Shown: positions 63,198 through 64,000 of the stretch, piece by piece
Layout: each line of letters opens with the position of its first letter
Position numbering within the stretch: the first letter of the stretch is position 1
Source: Tubiluchus corallicola
Taxonomy: Eukaryota > Animalia > Priapulida
DNA: 64,000 bases
Assembly (NCBI GenBank): GCA_030141605.1
Contig: JAQGDQ010000047.1
Coordinates: forward strand, 372,001 to 436,000
Reading direction: 5' to 3'
The notes under the pieces: model-generated
The model's input: the letters and a program-made list of their open reading frames with translations, nothing else
Database searches by the model: none
Told to the model about the DNA's origin: nothing
Position numbers and translations under genes: made by a program

Positions 63198-64000
63198 CTA
63201 AAAAAACAAAAACTTGGGTAAACTAACATGATTGCTTGTTGCATTATGACTAACTGCACTGCGCATAAGGTACAATGGTTGATCAGCCCAAGTTTCACTT
63301 GTGGCAGAATAAGTTAATGAAATAATTAAAATCCAATAAGTTTACCACTTGTTTTTATAAAAAACAAAAAATTGATATTTTATCCAATTTTTGATGTATT
63401 CGATCGTATAAAATGTATTTTAACTTGAGTAAGGGATAAATTACTACAAGCAGTGTTAAGTATTTTTGTTTCAAGATGTGTGTTCATGCTGAAATAACTA
63501 AGTAATTTTTCGCAATAACAATTATTAATGTTAATACGTAGTCATCTTCATTATCATCGGCATTATTATTAATAACTAAGTGCACCACAGTCAGATTTTA
63601 TTTTCCCCAGCCGTCTTGTTAATAATGTTTTATTTTTTGTATCTTTGAACTCTGCATACCTAATTTTTAATGTTATGCTCCTAGACAATTTTTTTGAGCC
63701 TTGCGTGTTGTCTGGCACAGCAGGTTGTTTACATAAATTTTAATTAAGGGGTAGATTGAATGTATACGTTCTAACGTATGAACTAACGTTTCGACTGAAT
63801 AAAGTCATGTTCAGCATGTTCAGCAATATCTCAATTATTAAATAAATAATAATGTGTATTTTCACAGAATTCTGTACACACACACAGTACTGGGCAGAGA
63901 AACATTGACAGTCCGCAAGCAAATGTGAGAGGAGCGCAGATCGTCATATTGCACTAAGCAATCATATCGAATAGGTTATTGCTCGGCGAAAATCAACCGA

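Overview
AT-rich, intron-containing animal genomic DNA. The syndecan cytoplasmic tail and TCAKTY-type initiators suggest an invertebrate, probably an arthropod or other protostome (inference). I assembled seven protein-coding loci by hand from GT-AG exons and checked reading frames. (1) A two-exon KIAA0319-type PKD-domain unit (+, 1186-2722). (2) Syndecan (+, 7029-21420, 5 coding exons, 187 aa). (3) A signal-peptide-bearing, CULT-domain-only cereblon-like protein (-, 30354-24632, 6 exons, 178 aa). (4) RBIS/C8orf59 (+, 35829-40452, 106 aa). (5) An intronless METTL23 starting only 106 nt after the RBIS stop (+, 40559-41311). (6) A MARVEL-domain plasmolipin/CMTM-like protein (-, 46914-43809, 168 aa). 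(7) ACAD9 (-, 63197-49235, 14 exons visible, 5' end beyond the window). Introns hold decayed BEL/Pao, CR1/L2- and RTE-like fragments, MITEs (one with a perfect 8-bp TSD), an ~800-bp foldback and microsatellites. Best leads are the tightly coupled RBIS-METTL23 unit (dicistronic, operon-like or shared-promoter), the secreted cereblon-type ligand-binding domain with an intact tri-Trp cage, a CpG-rich orphan exon with a perfect donor inside an ACAD9 intron, and the stand-alone PKD module that is splice-phase compatible with syndecan. All family calls come from remembered motifs; no searches were run.
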